From contig CAVPRW010000025.1 of the NCBI GenBank assembly GCA_963707985.1, forward strand, positions 32,001 to 96,000: DNA of 64,000 nucleotides, in the 5' to 3' direction. This DNA comes from an uncultured Nitrospinota bacterium (lineage in GTDB: Bacteria > Tectomicrobia > Entotheonellia > J063 > CAVPRW01). This document shows, piece after piece, positions 61,853-64,000 of this stretch (position 1 is its first letter; each line of letters opens with the position of its first letter). The notes under the pieces are model-generated. The model did not search any database. It had not been told where the DNA came from and saw nothing but the letters and a program-made list of their open reading frames with translations. The position numbers were made by a program, and so were the translations under genes.

Positions 61853-64000
61853 ATGGGGCTTGCATCACCTCGCACGTCCAACCCTGCTGCAGCCATAGGG
61901 CGGCAAGCGATCCCTGTACGACAACCTGCGACTGAAGACGGATGGTGGGTCGAGCCGATCAGATGGCTTGCCCTCGCCGTGTTCATTGCTGTGCCGATTT
62001 TTTCTTTTCTCTTTCAAGATTATGCCGGTGGAGTAGTGTGGACAATCCTGGTGGCGGGCTTACCGATCTGCATTGTGCTGGTCGGCTACCACCGTTGGCG
62101 GCGCATCTGTCCGCTGGCCTTCTTTGCACAGCTCCCGGCTCTCCTCAAACGTCCGGGCACGCGCAAGGCAGGACCCGGGCTAGAGGCGAATTATTACTAT
62201 CTCGTGTTCGCCGTTTTTTTCGTCTCCCTCTGGCTGCGGCTCATCGCCACCAATGGCGACGGTCATGCCATCGCGGTATTCTTCGTGGTGCTGTCGCTTA
62301 CAGCGCTGCTGTTCGGCATGTTATACACTGGCAAGACGTGGTGCAATTATATCTGCCCGGTGTCCTTCGTGGAAAAGATCTATACCGAGCCCCATGGCTT
62401 GCGGGAGACGCCCAACTCTCAGTGCACGAAATGCACTGCCTGCAAGAAATCCTGTCCCGATATCAACGAAGAGAATGGCTATTGGAAAGAGATCGATTCC
62501 CGCCCCAAGCGATTTGTCTATTATGCCTTTCCGGGTCTGGTTTTCGGGTTTTACTGCTATTTTTATGTCCAATCAGAAACCTGGCATTACTACTTCAGCG
62601 GCGCCTGGACCAGACAAGCTGGCCTCGTCCTGACAGCCTTCTCTCCCGGCAACGATGGAGCGACCGCCGGATTTTTCTTTGCCCGTACGGTGCCACGGGC
62701 AGTGGCTGCGGCGCTAACGCTGGCGTTGTCTGGACTGACCAGTTTGTTCATTTTCTCGCAGCTTGAAGGGCTAATCGGCAGGTGGCTGCGTCGCAAATCG
62801 TCACGCGATGAGGTCCGTGCGCGCCATCTCACCATGACCATGGCCGCGTTCACCGCCTTTGTTACCTTCTATAGTTTTGCCGGTGCTCCAACCCTGCGCC
62901 TGGTTCCCTGGGTGCATCATCTGTTCCTCATCTTGGTGGTGGCTGCTGCAACACTTTTTCTGGCGCGCCGTCTATTCCGTACGCAACAGGCGTTTGCTGA
63001 GGAAACTTTGGCGAAAAATATCCTGAAACGCTGGGAATGGGTCGACGTAGAGCCGCCAAAAGATCTGCGCGAGGCGTTTCTCATCCATACAATCCGCTCG
63101 CGTGAAAGTAAGAAAGGCTCGGCACAGATTCTGGAAGTCTACAAGAACGCCGTGCGTGAGACCTTGGCCAATGGCTTCATCTCACGATCGGAAGTGCACC
63201 TGTTGGAATCATTGCGCAACCAACTGCAGATCAGGAAGGTCGACCACGAGAAGATTATGTCTGAACTGGCGGAAGAGGAGCGCGATCTGCTCAGCGATCC
63301 AGCCAGGCAATTTTCGGCGGAGAAGATGTTGCAACTCGAAACCTATGCCCGGGTGCTCGAAAGCTACCTCGAACACGTCTTCGCAGCCGATGGCACCGCC
63401 GATGAAAGTTTCCTCAAAGAGCTGCGCGAGGAGTACCATGTGACACCCGAGGAGCATGCCACGATACTTGACAAGTTATTGGGCGGTACCAGCGCCGTGG
63501 CAACGCAGCTCATCGAGGAAATCAAAGTTATCGAGCGCACCTCGCATACCATTCAGGTTTTTGCCCGTGAGCCGTCACCAGCGTATCGTTTTCTCTTAGG
63601 CTTGATGCAGCGCCGACGCGAACGCGCCATTGATCGCGTATTGCACGGTCTGGGCGTGTCACCTGAGGAGGATACGGGGCATGAGCTACGAGAGGGCCTC
63701 AGTTCGGACCATCAGCCCACACGTGAAGCGGGGGTCGAAGGACTACGCGCGCATATTCCACAAACCACCGCGACCCAGCTTCTGTCGATCTATCGTGCAA
63801 CAGCCGATGAAGAAGCGACGTTAACCAGCGGGATCGATATCCTGAAGGCGCGCGTCCTGAGCACTGATCCCTACGTCCGAGCCGTGGCGCTGCACCTGCT
63901 TGGCGAACTCGATGGCCTCGACGGCGCCATGCTCACCCAGCTACAGCAGGATGAGCATGGCGTGGTGCGCGAAGTCAGCATGGCGATCCGGGAGAGAATG
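61853..64000 (+). CDS. Large polytopic membrane protein with 4Fe-4S-binding region and HEAT-like repeats; runs off the window end
   Basis: Not in the ORF track. ATG at 61853 follows AGAGGGAAG. It contains LVGYHRWRRICPLAF, KTWCNYICP, CTKCTACKKSCPD, several TM helices and later DPYVRAVALHLLGEL..DEHGVVREV. Confidence 0.8.
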   Translation, partial: MGLASPRTSNPAAAIGRQAIPVRQPATEDGWWVEPIRWLALAVFIAVPIFSFLFQDYAGGVVWTILVAGLPICIVLVGYHRWRRICPLAFFAQLPALLKRPGTRKAGPGLEANYYYLVFAVFFVSLWLRLIATNGDGHAIAVFFVVLSLTALLFGMLYTGKTWCNYICPVSFVEKIYTEPHGLRETPNSQCTKCTACKKSCPDINEENGYWKEIDSRPKRFVYYAFPGLVFGFYCYFYVQSETWHYYFSGAWTRQAGLVLTAFSPGNDGATAGFFFARTVPRAVAAALTLALSGLTSLFIFSQLEGLIGRWLRRKSSRDEVRARHLTMTMAAFTAFVTFYSFAGAPTLRLVPWVHHLFLILVVAAATLFLARRLFRTQQAFAEETLAKNILKRWEWVDVEPPKDLREAFLIHTIRSRESKKGSAQILEVYKNAVRETLANGFISRSEVHLLESLRNQLQIRKVDHEKIMSELAEEERDLLSDPARQFSAEKMLQLETYARVLESYLEHVFAADGTADESFLKELREEYHVTPEEHATILDKLLGGTSAVATQLIEEIKVIERTSHTIQVFAREPSPAYRFLLGLMQRRRERAIDRVLHGLGVSPEEDTGHELREGLSSDHQPTREAGVEGLRAHIPQTTATQLLSIYRATADEEATLTSGIDILKARVLSTDPYVRAVALHLLGELDGLDGAMLTQLQQDEHGVVREVSMAIRERM

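Noticed and set aside
61942..62766. 274-aa ORF from the track
   Set aside because: It is the wrong frame. The real gene is the overlapping frame starting at 61853.

Overview
GC-rich bacterial chromosomal DNA. Gene content suggests an uncultured lineage such as Tectomicrobia or Methylomirabilota, but this is a weak inference. (1) 1-16.5 kb is an accessory, decaying region: a Tat-exported ABC substrate-binding protein, a tyrosine-recombinase pseudogene beside an IR-flanked HTH cassette, a MITE hit by an internally deleted IS4, ISL3 and IS5-like remnants, an orphan holin plus M15/GH19 peptidoglycan hydrolase, a coupled Sfp PPTase plus M16 peptidase, and a B12 radical SAM gene. (2) 16.5-45 kb is housekeeping: def-fmt-rsmB-PASTA, ffh-rpsP-khpA-rimM-trmD-rplS-rnhB-yraN, rplM-rpsI-tsf-pyrH-frr-uppS-cdsA-dxr-cinA-thpR-recA-recX, then dacA-like, folP, htrA and mutL. 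rpsB is absent next to tsf. Seven small frameshifts are probably long-read consensus errors. (3) 45-64 kb holds an orphan mraZ followed by a Walker-A-degenerate HerA-like/DnaX-C-like fusion, a CoA transferase-LeuCD-ABC-TcuA-ETF catabolic cluster, TonB, a UGA-readthrough (selenocysteine) peroxiredoxin-like gene, and the start of a large membrane Fe-S/HEAT protein. The most notable signals are a strong A:T->C:G transversion signature in decayed genes, the MraZ-HerA* pair and the selenoprotein. All protein family calls are from motif recognition, not database searches.
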